Shown here piece by piece: positions 11,083 through 22,500 of a stretch of 64,000 bases of DNA. The notes under the pieces were generated by a model, which had not been told where the DNA came from, made no database searches, and saw only the letters and a list, made by a program, of their open reading frames with translations. The stretch covers positions 14,698-78,697 of the forward strand of contig JANOQV010000164.1 of NCBI GenBank assembly GCA_031414955.1, read 5' to 3'. The position numbers and the translations under genes are program-made. The DNA is from Pedosphaera sp. Its GTDB lineage: Bacteria > Verrucomicrobiota > Verrucomicrobiia > Limisphaerales > SIBH01. Numbering within the stretch: position 1 is the stretch's first letter; the number at the start of each line of letters is the position of its first letter.

Positions 11083-14000
11083 ATGAATACCGCACTGCTC
11101 CGCCTGGCCCGCATTCTTTGTCCCCAATTCGTCCTTCCCACCTCCGCCAATTCATCCCGCTCAACCAGGGCCGGGCGGTGCAGCCCGGGCCGCGCGTGGT
11201 GGCTGGCCGCCGCGCTGGTTTGCGCCGCGCCTCTCGCTGGCTGGTCGTTGCAAGTGCAGGCCGACTGGGAGCGAGCCTTCATCGGAAGCTCGCCGCAGAT
11301 TTACGCGCTGACGCGCGCGGAGGGGACCAACGCCTACGCCATCAAGACCGACGCCGAGGGCAATGTGTATGTGGGCACGACGACGCAGCGCGGCGCCGGC
11401 ATCTTTGACGCCGACATGCTGCTCCTGAAATACAATTGCAAGGGAACTTTGATTTGGTCGCGGACGTTCAACAGCGGGCCGGGCCTGAACGATTACCTTT
11501 CCAGCATCGACCTTGATGCCGCAGGCAACATCTTTATCACTGGCTTCAGTGAAACCACGACCGGTTTTGGCGCGCCCCGGCGTTGGATGACCTTGAGGTA
11601 CTCGCCGGCGGGCGTCATCTCCTGGGGGCCGAACATTTATGGCACGGCTCACGGCTTGACCATCCCCCGGGCCATCGCCATCGATGGTTTCGGCGACGTG
11701 GTGGTGTCGGGCATTGACATGGTGGCCGGCACGCCGCGCATCTCGATGGTCAAGTACTGCGGGCAGAATGGCGGCCTGCTCGGGTCCGCCGCCGCGACCA
11801 CCGTGCCCGGCCCGGCCAGCATGGTGCATCCGCAATTCCAGTCCGGCGGCACGCCCATGGCTCTGGATCGATTCGGCAACGCCATCGTCGCGGGCTGGAT
11901 TGATCAGCCGAGTTCGGTCGCGCAATGTCTGACCGTCAAATTCAAGTGCGAGAGCATCTCGGCCTGCAACTACGGCGGCACGTTTCTCTACGATGCTCTG
12001 CTCCATGCCGGCAGCGGCCAGCAACTGGGCTACGCGGTGGCTTTGAATCAGAACACCTCGCCCCAAATGATTTACGTGCTTGGGTTTGACCGGCTCAACA
12101 ATCGTTGGACCGTGGTCAGCTATCGCGACAATCCATCCGTTTCCATCAGCCTCAACACCACTTGGGGCGGGAGCGGAGTGGTGAATTACAATTTTCCCGG
12201 CAGCACGGCCAACGATCCGAGCGCCATCGCCGTGGCGGCGAATGGCCAGGTGGTGGCCACGGGGGCGACCACGGTCTCCGGCCGCTCCGATTACCTCACC
12301 GTGAAGTGGAACGCCAATGGCATCATCCCCGGCGTCTGGCCGCCCATTCGCACCAGCACGCCGGCGTTCTTCTTCGCCTACGACGGGCTCAAGGCCACGG
12401 CGGTCAAACTGGACGCTGCCGGCAATGTTTACGTGACGGGTGCTGGCCACAGCCTGGTGAACGGCACGACCGATTTCCTTACCATCCGTTATGGTCTGGC
12501 TCCGCTGCCGCTGACGCCGGAAGACTGGTGGGTCATCCGCAACTACCCGAACGTGGGCAGCACCACCTATCACGACAAAGGCGTGGCCATGACGCTGGAT
12601 GCGAGCGGTCATGTCTATGTCACCGGTCCTTCCTTGCAGGTCTCGGGTGCGGCACCGACTCGGGCCGACACGGTCAAGTACTGCCAGGGTCCGCCGGCCA
12701 ATGACACCTGCGCCACGGCTCCCTTTGTCTCCTCCGGCACGACCGCATTCAGCACCTGCTTCGCGAACAGCACCAGTCCCACGGTTAGCCCCTGCGGCGC
12801 GGACAATCAGGATGTGTGGTTTCGCTGGCGGGCGCCGTGCAACGGCCTGGTCGATATGGATACGTTTGGCAGTTGCTTCGACACGGTGCTCACGGTGTAT
12901 GACGCGGGGGTCGCCGGGACGTGCGCCACGCTGGGCGCGGTTCAGATTTGCGATGACAACGCCCTCGCCGGCCGGCCCGCCGGAACGCCGCAATCTTACG
13001 GGACGTTCTCGGCCATTGCGGGCCATGTTTATTACATCCAAATCGGCGGAGGCACTGGTGCCAGCGGCCCGACCGGGGACGGGCGTCTGACCATCTTTGG
13101 ACCGTATCCGCCGGTGGGCACTTGTCCGTCGTCAGGCACTTGGGGTCCGTGGCGTGTGTTCAAACTGACCGGCTCCGGCAATGGTTCCAACTGGCGCTGG
13201 TCCATCGCGGCACCTTGCTGCATGAACTTGCAGGGCACGGCCTTCGGTCCGATTGCCGGGTCTTCGCCCAGCACTCTCGCCACCGTGTTCGCGGCCAGCA
13301 TCAACGCCGCCTGCCCCGGCATGGCGGTTGCCATGGGCAACACGTTGGCGGTTCGTGCCCAATGTGCGGGGCCGTTTGACTTTCGCGTGGGCCAGGCGAC
13401 AACACCGTTCAACGCTCTCTGCCTGGTGCCGAATCTTTCGCCCGGCGGGCTGACCACGGCCACGACGCCGGGCGTCTGCCGGTTCAACCCGGAGATAGAA
13501 GAGCAGCCTGATCCGCTGCCGGACTGCAACGGCAACGGCGTGCCGGACCACATCGACATCGATCTGGGCACGAGCCTGGACCTGAACGAGAACGGCATTC
13601 CTGATGAGTGCGACTCTCCGGTGGTGCAGACGATCACGAACAGCGTGGTGGCCGGGTACAACCTCATCGCGGTGCCATTGGTGAGCAGCAACAACCTGCT
13701 CGGGACGGTGCTGCCCGGCGCACAGGATGGCGACCAGGTCTTCCGGTGGAATGTGGTCACCCAGGATTTCGTGGACTCGGATGTTTATGTGGCTGGCTTG
13801 GGCTGGATTGATGCCTTCACCGGCGATCCTTCGGCCACCACGATTTCACCGGGTGAGGGCGCGTTCTATCTCACCTCCGTTGGCCGCACTTGGAGCTTCA
13901 CCGGCACTCCGATTCAATCGACGCTGCCGATCTTCGCCACGCCCGGTTCGTTGACCCTGGCCAGCCGGCAGGTGCCTGGGACTGGCAGTTGGGAGAACAT

Positions 14001-17000
14001 CACCGGACTGCCGCAGGAACCAGGCTCGCAACTCATCCGCTTCGATCCCTTGACGCAAGATTACGTCAGCAACTCGTTCAACGGGAACGTGTGGTCGGGC
14101 GGCGCACCGTCGGTGAATTCCGGCGAGTCGGCGTTCATCCTCCGGGCGCTCTCCTCGCTCCTCTCCTTTGATTGCGTGAGCAACAAGACCGTGTTCAGCA
14201 GCAACTCGTGGAGCTTCGATCTGCCCACCGCGACGACCACCTGCCCGTTGAGCAACGTCGTCATCACGGTCCAGAGCACCGTGACCAACAGCTATTGCCC
14301 GCTGATTCTCACGCGCACCTGGCAGGCCACGGATGGTTGCAGCAACAGCGCCATCTGCAGCCAGATGGTCACCGTCATCAACACCACGCCGCTCGACATC
14401 CATTGCCCGAGCAACATCGTGGTCAGCACGACCGGCTCGAACGTGGTCGTCAACTTCACGCCCACCTACAGCGGCGGCACCTTCAGCGGCTGTGTGCCGC
14501 CGAGCGGTTACGCCTTCCCGGTGGGCACGACCACGGTGACTTGCTACATCGACAACGGCTGCACCACCAACGCCTGCACCTTCAGCGTCACGGTCAACGG
14601 CAGCGGCCCGCCCGACATCACCCAGCCGCCGGTCAGTCAGGTCGCGACCCAGGGGCAGTTCGTCTCCTTCGAGGTGCTGGTCGCGGGGGCTGGTCCGTTG
14701 ACCTTCCAATGGCACTTCAACGGGCAGCGGATTCTCGAGGCTCAGGATGATCGCATCCTCACCATCGCGAATGTGCAGCCGGCGAATTTCGGCTCTTACT
14801 TCGTCGTGGTGAGCAACTCGCTCGGCACCGTGACCAGCGCGGTGGCCACGCTGGCGGTGATCGCGAATCCGGTGGCGACGCCGGAGTGTTGCGGAGTGAA
14901 GCCGACTTTCTCTGGAGTCCCTCCGCCAGCCACGTACGCGGGCTTTGCCGGGCAAATCGCAGCCGTCACCAGCTTCTCGTTCGACCTGAACGCGCCGGTG
15001 CTTTCCATCTTCGATGTGCAGAACTCCGCCGCGCCGGTGAATGTGAATTATCCCGCGCCGGTGTTTACCGGCCCGGCCAGCGCGCCTTGGACCAAGGCCC
15101 GGCTCGGCAACATCTTCGGCCTTTGCTTCGACGGCGCGGGCAACATCTACGTGGCGGCCTCGGCCATTTACAACGAGACGCCGGACACGGCCGGGCCAGG
15201 CGGGCTGGGCGCGGTGTACAAGATTGATGGCGTCACCGGCGTCATCACCACCTTCGCCGTCCTGCCCAACGCGGGCAAAGCCAGCCTGGGCAACATCAAA
15301 TACTCCTGCCAGCACGCGAATTTCTACGTCTCCAACCTGGGCGATGGACTCATCTACCGGCTGGACCTCAACGGCAACATCATCGGCACCTTTGATCACG
15401 GGGCCGGTTTGCCCACGGCCGCGCCGCCTTTCCCCGCCATTCTCGACAACCCGGTCGATGCCTACACGCAGTTGGGCCGCCGCGTCTTCGGACTCAAGCC
15501 GCACAACGGTCGCCTTTATTACGGCGTGTGGTGGGAACATAATGGCGCGCCAGATCCATTGCATGACAACGAGATTTGGTCCGTAGCCTTGAACTCCTCC
15601 GGCGCGCCCATCGCCGGCACCCAGGCGCGGGAGATCATCCAGCCACCCAAGGCCGTTGGCGGCAACTATTCCAATCCATGCTCGGACATCAGCTTCAGCC
15701 CCGCCGGCCAGATGCTGTTCGCCGAGCGCACCTTGACGAGCGACAGCTTGTCCTGGGCGCACGGCTCGCGCATCGTCGAGGCCTCGGGGTGCTGCGGCGC
15801 CTGGTCGCTCAACCTCACGAAATACTTCGCCAATCCGTGCTTTGGACCCAGCAGCGCGGGCGGTGTGGATTATGACCGTTCCGCGGGCGGCCGGGTCTGG
15901 GCCACGGGTGACGCGCTGCATTTCATAGGTTGCGCGGGTCATTCAGATTACATCTACGGAATTTTTGGCCTGCCACTGGCCGGTGGCAACACGCTCAACA
16001 GCGTGCTCATCAATGTGGATGGTCTGACCGGCGTCGGCAACAAGACGCAGATCGGGGACGTGGAACTGCCGTGTCCCCCGCCCCGTTGTCTGGTCGTGAC
16101 CAATGAGGTGTTGAACTGCATCAGCAACAACGGCACTTACTCGTACAAGTTCTGCGCTACGAACTTCTTCAACGGGCCGATTAGCCACATCACGCTTTTG
16201 GACCCGCCGCCCGGCGTCACGTTCACGCCGGACATCATCAACCTCGCCACGCCGTTGTTGCCGGGTCAGGGCAACTGCTTCGAGGTGACGGTGCGCTACA
16301 CCGGCACGGGGCCGACCAACGTCTGCTTCCGCTTCGGCGCGCACAACTCCAACTTCGTCCAGTGCTGCGCCAGCCCGCACTGCGTGGTGCTGCCGGACTG
16401 CTGCGCCTACATTTACAACGAGAGCCTGACGCCCATCCCCGGTCAGGGCGGCTGCTACAATTACACCTTCACCGTCCGGAACGTGGTTTGGCCGCCGACG
16501 CCCATCCAATACCTCATCCTCGTGAGTGATCCGCCAAACACCTGTTTCAGCATCACGCCGGACGTTCTTTACTTCAGCACGCCGTTGCTGCCGAACCAGT
16601 CCGCCACGCGCACGGTCAAGGTTTGCAGCACGGCCAATCCGCCGTGCCCGCAGCCTTTCTGCTTCCAGTTCTCCCTGCACGACACGAACTTCCTCCGCTG
16701 CTGCGCCACGCGGCGTTGCGCGCCGAAAGCCAAGGGGCCGATCAAGTTCGCCGACGGCCTGGACGGCTCGGCCTATCTCGCCGGGGCCAACATCAGTCTG
16801 CCGGTGGTGGTGGACGCCTCGTTCGTGGAGCCGGCCCTGGTCACGGCCTATGAGGGTTCAAATGTCCTCCGGACCATCGTGGATCCAACGGACGGTCAGC
16901 ACGACGACTGGTTCGTGTTGAGCAACGCCGTCAGCGGTGCCTACACCCTGCGACTCCAGGAGACGGACACGCTCGGTGGCGAGTGGGAAGCCGATCCGAT

Positions 17001-17268
17001 TACGGTGTTCGTCTATGGCGTGATCGAGCCGTTGCCCGACCCGGTGAACTCGGGTCCGCGCTTCCTGACTCCGACGTTGCTGGATGGGAAAGTCAGTCTC
17101 TCCCTCGCGACCGAACTCGGCGTGACTTACCGGATCGAATACACGGAGTCGCTCACGGTGCCGAACTGGCAAACGCTCCACACCCTGCTTGGGGACGGCT
17201 CGGTGATGTCGCGCACCGACCCGCTGGTCAACGGGCCGCAGCGGTTCTACCGCATCCGCACGCCCTGA
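11083..17268 (+). CDS. Giant secreted modular protein A (2061 aa): SBBP-type propeller, PPC-like domain, Ca-binding DCNGNG repeat, HYR, Ig, second propeller, two Cys-rich domains, Ig, FYR tail
   Basis: Signal-like WWLAAALVCAAPLAG; repeats D..GNVYVTG; PANDTCATA...DVWFRW; DCNGNGVPD...NENGIPDEC; HYR-like CVPPSGYAFPVGTTTVTC; Ig PPDITQPP...FQWHFNG; ends QRFYRIRTP. Confidence 0.85.
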   Translation: MNTALLRLARILCPQFVLPTSANSSRSTRAGRCSPGRAWWLAAALVCAAPLAGWSLQVQADWERAFIGSSPQIYALTRAEGTNAYAIKTDAEGNVYVGTTTQRGAGIFDADMLLLKYNCKGTLIWSRTFNSGPGLNDYLSSIDLDAAGNIFITGFSETTTGFGAPRRWMTLRYSPAGVISWGPNIYGTAHGLTIPRAIAIDGFGDVVVSGIDMVAGTPRISMVKYCGQNGGLLGSAAATTVPGPASMVHPQFQSGGTPMALDRFGNAIVAGWIDQPSSVAQCLTVKFKCESISACNYGGTFLYDALLHAGSGQQLGYAVALNQNTSPQMIYVLGFDRLNNRWTVVSYRDNPSVSISLNTTWGGSGVVNYNFPGSTANDPSAIAVAANGQVVATGATTVSGRSDYLTVKWNANGIIPGVWPPIRTSTPAFFFAYDGLKATAVKLDAAGNVYVTGAGHSLVNGTTDFLTIRYGLAPLPLTPEDWWVIRNYPNVGSTTYHDKGVAMTLDASGHVYVTGPSLQVSGAAPTRADTVKYCQGPPANDTCATAPFVSSGTTAFSTCFANSTSPTVSPCGADNQDVWFRWRAPCNGLVDMDTFGSCFDTVLTVYDAGVAGTCATLGAVQICDDNALAGRPAGTPQSYGTFSAIAGHVYYIQIGGGTGASGPTGDGRLTIFGPYPPVGTCPSSGTWGPWRVFKLTGSGNGSNWRWSIAAPCCMNLQGTAFGPIAGSSPSTLATVFAASINAACPGMAVAMGNTLAVRAQCAGPFDFRVGQATTPFNALCLVPNLSPGGLTTATTPGVCRFNPEIEEQPDPLPDCNGNGVPDHIDIDLGTSLDLNENGIPDECDSPVVQTITNSVVAGYNLIAVPLVSSNNLLGTVLPGAQDGDQVFRWNVVTQDFVDSDVYVAGLGWIDAFTGDPSATTISPGEGAFYLTSVGRTWSFTGTPIQSTLPIFATPGSLTLASRQVPGTGSWENITGLPQEPGSQLIRFDPLTQDYVSNSFNGNVWSGGAPSVNSGESAFILRALSSLLSFDCVSNKTVFSSNSWSFDLPTATTTCPLSNVVITVQSTVTNSYCPLILTRTWQATDGCSNSAICSQMVTVINTTPLDIHCPSNIVVSTTGSNVVVNFTPTYSGGTFSGCVPPSGYAFPVGTTTVTCYIDNGCTTNACTFSVTVNGSGPPDITQPPVSQVATQGQFVSFEVLVAGAGPLTFQWHFNGQRILEAQDDRILTIANVQPANFGSYFVVVSNSLGTVTSAVATLAVIANPVATPECCGVKPTFSGVPPPATYAGFAGQIAAVTSFSFDLNAPVLSIFDVQNSAAPVNVNYPAPVFTGPASAPWTKARLGNIFGLCFDGAGNIYVAASAIYNETPDTAGPGGLGAVYKIDGVTGVITTFAVLPNAGKASLGNIKYSCQHANFYVSNLGDGLIYRLDLNGNIIGTFDHGAGLPTAAPPFPAILDNPVDAYTQLGRRVFGLKPHNGRLYYGVWWEHNGAPDPLHDNEIWSVALNSSGAPIAGTQAREIIQPPKAVGGNYSNPCSDISFSPAGQMLFAERTLTSDSLSWAHGSRIVEASGCCGAWSLNLTKYFANPCFGPSSAGGVDYDRSAGGRVWATGDALHFIGCAGHSDYIYGIFGLPLAGGNTLNSVLINVDGLTGVGNKTQIGDVELPCPPPRCLVVTNEVLNCISNNGTYSYKFCATNFFNGPISHITLLDPPPGVTFTPDIINLATPLLPGQGNCFEVTVRYTGTGPTNVCFRFGAHNSNFVQCCASPHCVVLPDCCAYIYNESLTPIPGQGGCYNYTFTVRNVVWPPTPIQYLILVSDPPNTCFSITPDVLYFSTPLLPNQSATRTVKVCSTANPPCPQPFCFQFSLHDTNFLRCCATRRCAPKAKGPIKFADGLDGSAYLAGANISLPVVVDASFVEPALVTAYEGSNVLRTIVDPTDGQHDDWFVLSNAVSGAYTLRLQETDTLGGEWEADPITVFVYGVIEPLPDPVNSGPRFLTPTLLDGKVSLSLATELGVTYRIEYTESLTVPNWQTLHTLLGDGSVMSRTDPLVNGPQRFYRIRTP

Positions 17269-17464
17269 GAAAAACCTGCTTGGTCCGGAGCCGCTCGCCA
17301 ACGCCGGCTCTGGCCCGAGGTGCTTTGAGGATGAGAATGAATTTCCAGAAACCGAGGACGGTAATTGAAACCGGCGTGAGCCGAGGACACCGCCTCGTAC
17401 AACCAAACAGCAGAGCAATGACCATGAAAACAAGCCCCAAACAGCAGTTAGCTCAGAAAATATT

Positions 17465-19453
17465 ATGAACGCGATACTCACACTCTTCAGGCCACGCTGG
17501 CGGGTCATCGGATCTTGGCTGGCGTTGCTCCTTGCACCCATTCAAGTCTCCGCAGGTCCGGTTTTCTTGGGAGGCGAGGATCTGGATTACCACGGCAACT
17601 ACAACAGCGGTGCCGGACCGAACCAAAAGGGATGGCTCTACATCCAGAAAGCGATTGCCAGCATCTACGCGTGTACGCCTGGGCCTGGTTGTCCTGGGAA
17701 CGATGGGAGCATTGCCGTGCTGGGATGTCCGGCTTCCACGCTTCCGAATGGGACATCGGTTTCCAGCGGACATGCTGGCGCTGCCATACATTTTGCCGCG
17801 AATGTTGCCTTGGGTAAAACGGTGGTTTTTTACGACGGCGTGGCCGGTATCAACAGTTTCTTCGCCGCCCTTGGTGCCGGCACAGTCAAACCAGCCGTCA
17901 TCTACATCCCCGGAGGGATTGCGGTCAACGGTATCAATACGGCAGAGGGTAATGCGTTGACTGCGCACGCGTTGCAGATCAAAGCCTTCGTCAACTGCGG
18001 TGGCGGCCTGATGGCCCACATCGACATCGCCTCGACCATGGGTTGGGTTTCAGCAGTGCTGCCAGGTTTGGTAATCAACGCCAACTGTTCGTCAACCGGC
18101 GCTACTCTGACGCCCGACGGCATCGCCGCATTTGGCCTTCTTTCCAACAACGATATTAACAACAATGCGGGCCCGTGCCACCGGACCTTCTCAGGTGTAT
18201 TGAACGGCCTGAAAGTGCTGGCCAATGATGGGACTGGCAAGCCGTTCATCATCGGCGGCGGCTGTGGTACAGTCATTGACCAGCCCTGCCTCTCGATCAC
18301 CAACCGCGCCGTGGATTGCATGTCCACGAACCAAACCTACAAGTGGGATTTCTGCGTCACGAACACTTGGACCGATCCGATCAAGTACCTCAGCCTCACG
18401 GATCTCCCCGGGGGAGTCACGGTCAACCAGGACATCATCACCCTGCCGTCGGTCCTCATGCCAGGCCAGGGCACCTGCCTCACGATCTACATCACCAACA
18501 CGCCGGGGTTGACCAACATGTGCTTCACCATCGGGGCGCATACGACCAACTTCTTCCTCTGCTGTTCGATCACCAATTGCCTCACCTTCGAGCCGTGTTG
18601 CGTGTTCTTCTCCGGCGAAACCATGACCCCGATCGCGGGCACGGGCTGCTACAACTACACCTTCAACGTCCGCAACGTGACGCCCTCGACGACCATGCGC
18701 TACCTGTTCCTGGTGCAGGATCCGGCTCCGCCGCCAACGTGTGTCACCTTCACGCCGGACATCCTGGTGCTCCCGCCGCTGGCGCCGGGCCAGAGCGTGA
18801 CGCGGACGGTCAAAGTCTGCATCGCCTCGGGCTGCACCGGCCCCATCCACTTCCTGGCCTCGGCACATGACACGAACCTGACCCATTGCTGCTCCACGCG
18901 GCATCGTGTTCCGCCCGCCTCGGTGATCAAGTGGCCTGGCGGTCTGGATGGCACGGTGTTTGAGCCGGGAACCATTCTGTTGCCGATCGAACTGGACACG
19001 ACTTTCGTCACCCCAAGCGTCATCACCGTTTACGAGGGCACGAACGTGATCAAGAACCTCGAGTTCGCGCCGGGATCGGAGCCGACCAACGGCGTGAGTG
19101 TCATCTGGAGCAACGTGGTGGCGGGCACGTACACCTTGCGGGCGCAGGAGACGGACACGCTGGGAGGAGTATGGGACGCTGATCCAGCCACGATTTACGT
19201 GGTGGAGCATGAACATGAACCGGTGGCCCCGGATATCGCGCCGCCGCTCACCGGACTGAAGTGCGTGGGCGATGCCTTGAGCTTCTGCCTGGCGACCACG
19301 GCCGGCCGCACCTACCACATCGAATCGGCCGATTCGCTGACCGCACCCAGCTGGACCCTGGTCCGGGACGTGGTGGGCGACGGAACGATCATCACCGTGA
19401 CCAACACGATGACGAGCGCGCCGCAGCGGTTCTATCGCGTGCGCGGCGACTAG
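17465..19453 (+). CDS. Secreted protein B (662 aa): unknown N-terminal domain + two Cys-rich domains + Ig + FYR tail
   Basis: Signal peptide WLALLLAPIQVSA; the C-terminal ~390 aa align by eye with the C-terminus of protein A; ends QRFYRVRGD. Confidence 0.85.
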   Translation: MNAILTLFRPRWRVIGSWLALLLAPIQVSAGPVFLGGEDLDYHGNYNSGAGPNQKGWLYIQKAIASIYACTPGPGCPGNDGSIAVLGCPASTLPNGTSVSSGHAGAAIHFAANVALGKTVVFYDGVAGINSFFAALGAGTVKPAVIYIPGGIAVNGINTAEGNALTAHALQIKAFVNCGGGLMAHIDIASTMGWVSAVLPGLVINANCSSTGATLTPDGIAAFGLLSNNDINNNAGPCHRTFSGVLNGLKVLANDGTGKPFIIGGGCGTVIDQPCLSITNRAVDCMSTNQTYKWDFCVTNTWTDPIKYLSLTDLPGGVTVNQDIITLPSVLMPGQGTCLTIYITNTPGLTNMCFTIGAHTTNFFLCCSITNCLTFEPCCVFFSGETMTPIAGTGCYNYTFNVRNVTPSTTMRYLFLVQDPAPPPTCVTFTPDILVLPPLAPGQSVTRTVKVCIASGCTGPIHFLASAHDTNLTHCCSTRHRVPPASVIKWPGGLDGTVFEPGTILLPIELDTTFVTPSVITVYEGTNVIKNLEFAPGSEPTNGVSVIWSNVVAGTYTLRAQETDTLGGVWDADPATIYVVEHEHEPVAPDIAPPLTGLKCVGDALSFCLATTAGRTYHIESADSLTAPSWTLVRDVVGDGTIITVTNTMTSAPQRFYRVRGD

Positions 19454-19466
19454 CAATTGCGACCCC

Positions 19467-19498
19467 GGCTGGAGCCGCGCGCCCACGCGGCTCCAGCC
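19467..19498. repeat. Perfect 13-bp stem-loop between genes B and C (possible mRNA stability or processing hairpin)
   Basis: GGCTGGAGCCGCG-cgccca-CGCGGCTCCAGCC; no U-tract. Confidence 0.6.
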
Positions 19499-19514
19499 CC
19501 GGGGTGTCACGATC

Positions 19515-22500
19515 ATGAACCCAACCCACGCCAGCATGACGACGAAGGCACCGAGCCACGGAGCTTGGGCGGCGGCGGATGGCACGCACCCGCCCTTGGT
19601 GGACGGGTCAGGGTTAAGACAATTTTTCCGCAGTTCCAACACACCGGTCAGAGCAAGACTGTGGTCGGCACTGGGCCTGAGTCTGGTGGTCGTCGTGACC
19701 GCCATGCAGGCGTCGGCCCAATCGCCGCCCGAGTTGGAACCGCTGATCGAGAGTGCCGGCACGTTGCCGGGCACCCGGCGGCAGTTGGACGTGCGGGCCG
19801 CCGCGCCCGTGGCGGCCGCCGTGCCGGCGGGCACGCATGTCATCAGCATCACACCGCCGGGCCAGGCCACGCGCCAGCTTGCTTCCACCAACATCGTGGT
19901 GCGGTTCAACAGCCCGATCGATCCGCTGACGGTGAACACGAATTCCTTCCTCGTCGCAGGCGAAACGCGCGGGCGCTATGCGGGCAGCTTTTCATTCGCC
20001 GCCGGCAACACAGAAATCACGTTCACTCCCGGTTCGGCTTTCGACCGGGGCGAAACGGTTCGGATCGACGTGAGCTGTTTGATCAAAGACGCGCTCGGCG
20101 ACGCCATCCGTCCGTGGGCTTCGCAGTTTGCGGTGGGCGGCGAGAGCAACGTGGCGGAGTTTGCTCAGGGCCAGACTTATGGCGCGGGGCAAAAGCCTTT
20201 GTCGGTGCTGGCCTATGATCTCGACGGCGACGGGAATCTCGATCTGGTGGTGGCCAACACCTCCTGGCAGGGAACGGGCACCAACAAGACCATCTCCGTG
20301 CTGATGGGTCTGGGCGACGGCACCTTCGCGGACAAGGTTGACTATGTGACGGATACGGCGGACGGACCGTTGCCGTTGGGGATCGCGGTGGCTGATCTGG
20401 ACGGCGACGGCGACGGCGACCTCGTGGTCGCCAATCGTGGCACGGCAAACGTGGCCGTGTTGCGCAACGACGGCACGGGCCAGTTCAGCGTACCCCAACA
20501 CTTTCCCGTCCAGGGCGGACCGGTGCGGGTTCAACTGGGCGACCTGGACGGCGATGGATTTCTCGATCTCGCCGCGACCCATGGCGGACTAAATGGCGAT
20601 GGCGAAGGCGTGAGCGTACTCTTCGGCCTCGGTGACGGCACTTTCGGCACGCCGCTGCATATCAGCACCGGAAAGACGCACTGGGGACTGGCGCTCAACG
20701 ACTTGAATGGTGACGGACGCCTGGACCTCGTGACTGCGGAGAACTGGGAGTGGACGTGTTCGGTCTTCCTGAATCTGGGCGGACGTGCTTTTGCCGCACC
20801 GGCCCCATATCCCGTTGGTGCTACTCCCCGCGATCTGGCGGTGGCGGATTTCAACGGCGATGGCTGGCCGGACGTGGTTACGGCAAACCAGAACGGCAGC
20901 AGCATTACCATTTCCACGAACAGACTGGATGGCACGTTGGGCGGTCGCGTGGACGCTCTGGTCAACGGTCAACCGGTCGGGGTCATCGCAGCGGATTTCG
21001 ATGGTGATGGCCGGCCGGAGATCGCCACGGCCAACCATTTCGGCGGTTCCATCTACAACGCCCGTTCCGTGACGGTGTGGCATAACGCCGGCGGTGGGTT
21101 CGATTTTCACAAGGAGATTTTCACCGGCGGTTCGCAACCCATCGCTCTGGTGGCCGGCGATTTTGACAACGACGGCGACCCCGATCTCGTGACGGCCAAC
21201 TGGAGCGGCAACTCGGTCTCGTTGCTCAAGAATGCACCGGCCAGCATGACCGGATTGGTTTATGTCGATGCCGATGGCAGTTGCACGCAAAACGGCCCGG
21301 ACGAACTGGGCGTGGGCGGACGGCTGGTGCGGGTGATGGAAACGCCCTCGGGCGTGACGCGCTACGCGAGCACCCGGCAGGACGGCACGTTTGCGGCGAT
21401 TGTGCCCAACGGCAGCTACCGGGTGAACCTGGTGCATAACGCCACGACCACGGAGGCCTGCAACAACGGCCTGGGAATCACCTACAACGTAGTGGTGACG
21501 AATGGCGCTCCCGTGGCCGGACTGGTCTTTGGTCCCTCGCCCAGTTGCCAGGCCGATGTGACCTGCGCCTCGATCATCAGTTGGCCGTGCCCGGTCTCCT
21601 CGCCGGTGCCTTGCGTTCATGACAACGATCACCATCGGCGCACCCTTTGTCCGTGTGAAAGATTTCAGTATCGCGTCACGGTGAGGAATGCCGGGACCAC
21701 GACGTGGAACTCGGGCATGATCGTGGAACTCCGGCTTGATCCTGGCGTCATGTTCTGCGGTTTCCCGACCTTGTTCTCGGTTAACAACTTTGGCTGTGGC
21801 GCGGTCACGGGGCTCGGAGCTTTCTTGGGCGCGGCGAATCCGCTGCCTTGTTCTCCTCCAGGTTGTAGTGCCAGTTCCGGCCAGCGGGTCCGCTGGCAGG
21901 TGAATTGTGCTTGGCCGGCTGGCGACCAAGGCGATTTTCTCGTCGATGTGCAGGTGGCCAATGTCCCGCTGACCACGGTGCTGACGGCCACGCCGTTCAT
22001 CGTGGGCTTCTGTGGAATGTCTCCCATTGGTGGACCGGCCTTTCCCGGCACCCCCAGCGTGGACACGGTGAATTGCTCCTTTGATCCGAACGACAAAACG
22101 GTTGCGCCTTCCGGTTGCGGTCCCTCCGGCAACGTGGCGCTCGGCACGCCGCTCGAATACCGCGTGCGCTTTCAAAACCTCGGCACGGCTCCGGCCTACC
22201 GCGTGCTCATCCGCGATCAACTTGATGCGAAACTCGACGCCGAGACCGTGGAGATTCTTTCCACCAGCCACACGCTCACCGATTTCCAAATCCTGCCCGG
22301 TGGCCAGATGATCTGGACCTTCGACGGCATCAACCTGGCCGACGCCACGAGCGATGAACTAGGCAGTCGCGGCGAGGTGCGCTTTCGCATCCGGCCCAAG
22401 TCGTCGGCGGGAGAGGGCAGCGTCATCCTGAACAGTGCCGCCATTTACTTCGATGTGAATCCGCCCGTCCTCACCGCGACCACCACCAACACCTTGCGGC

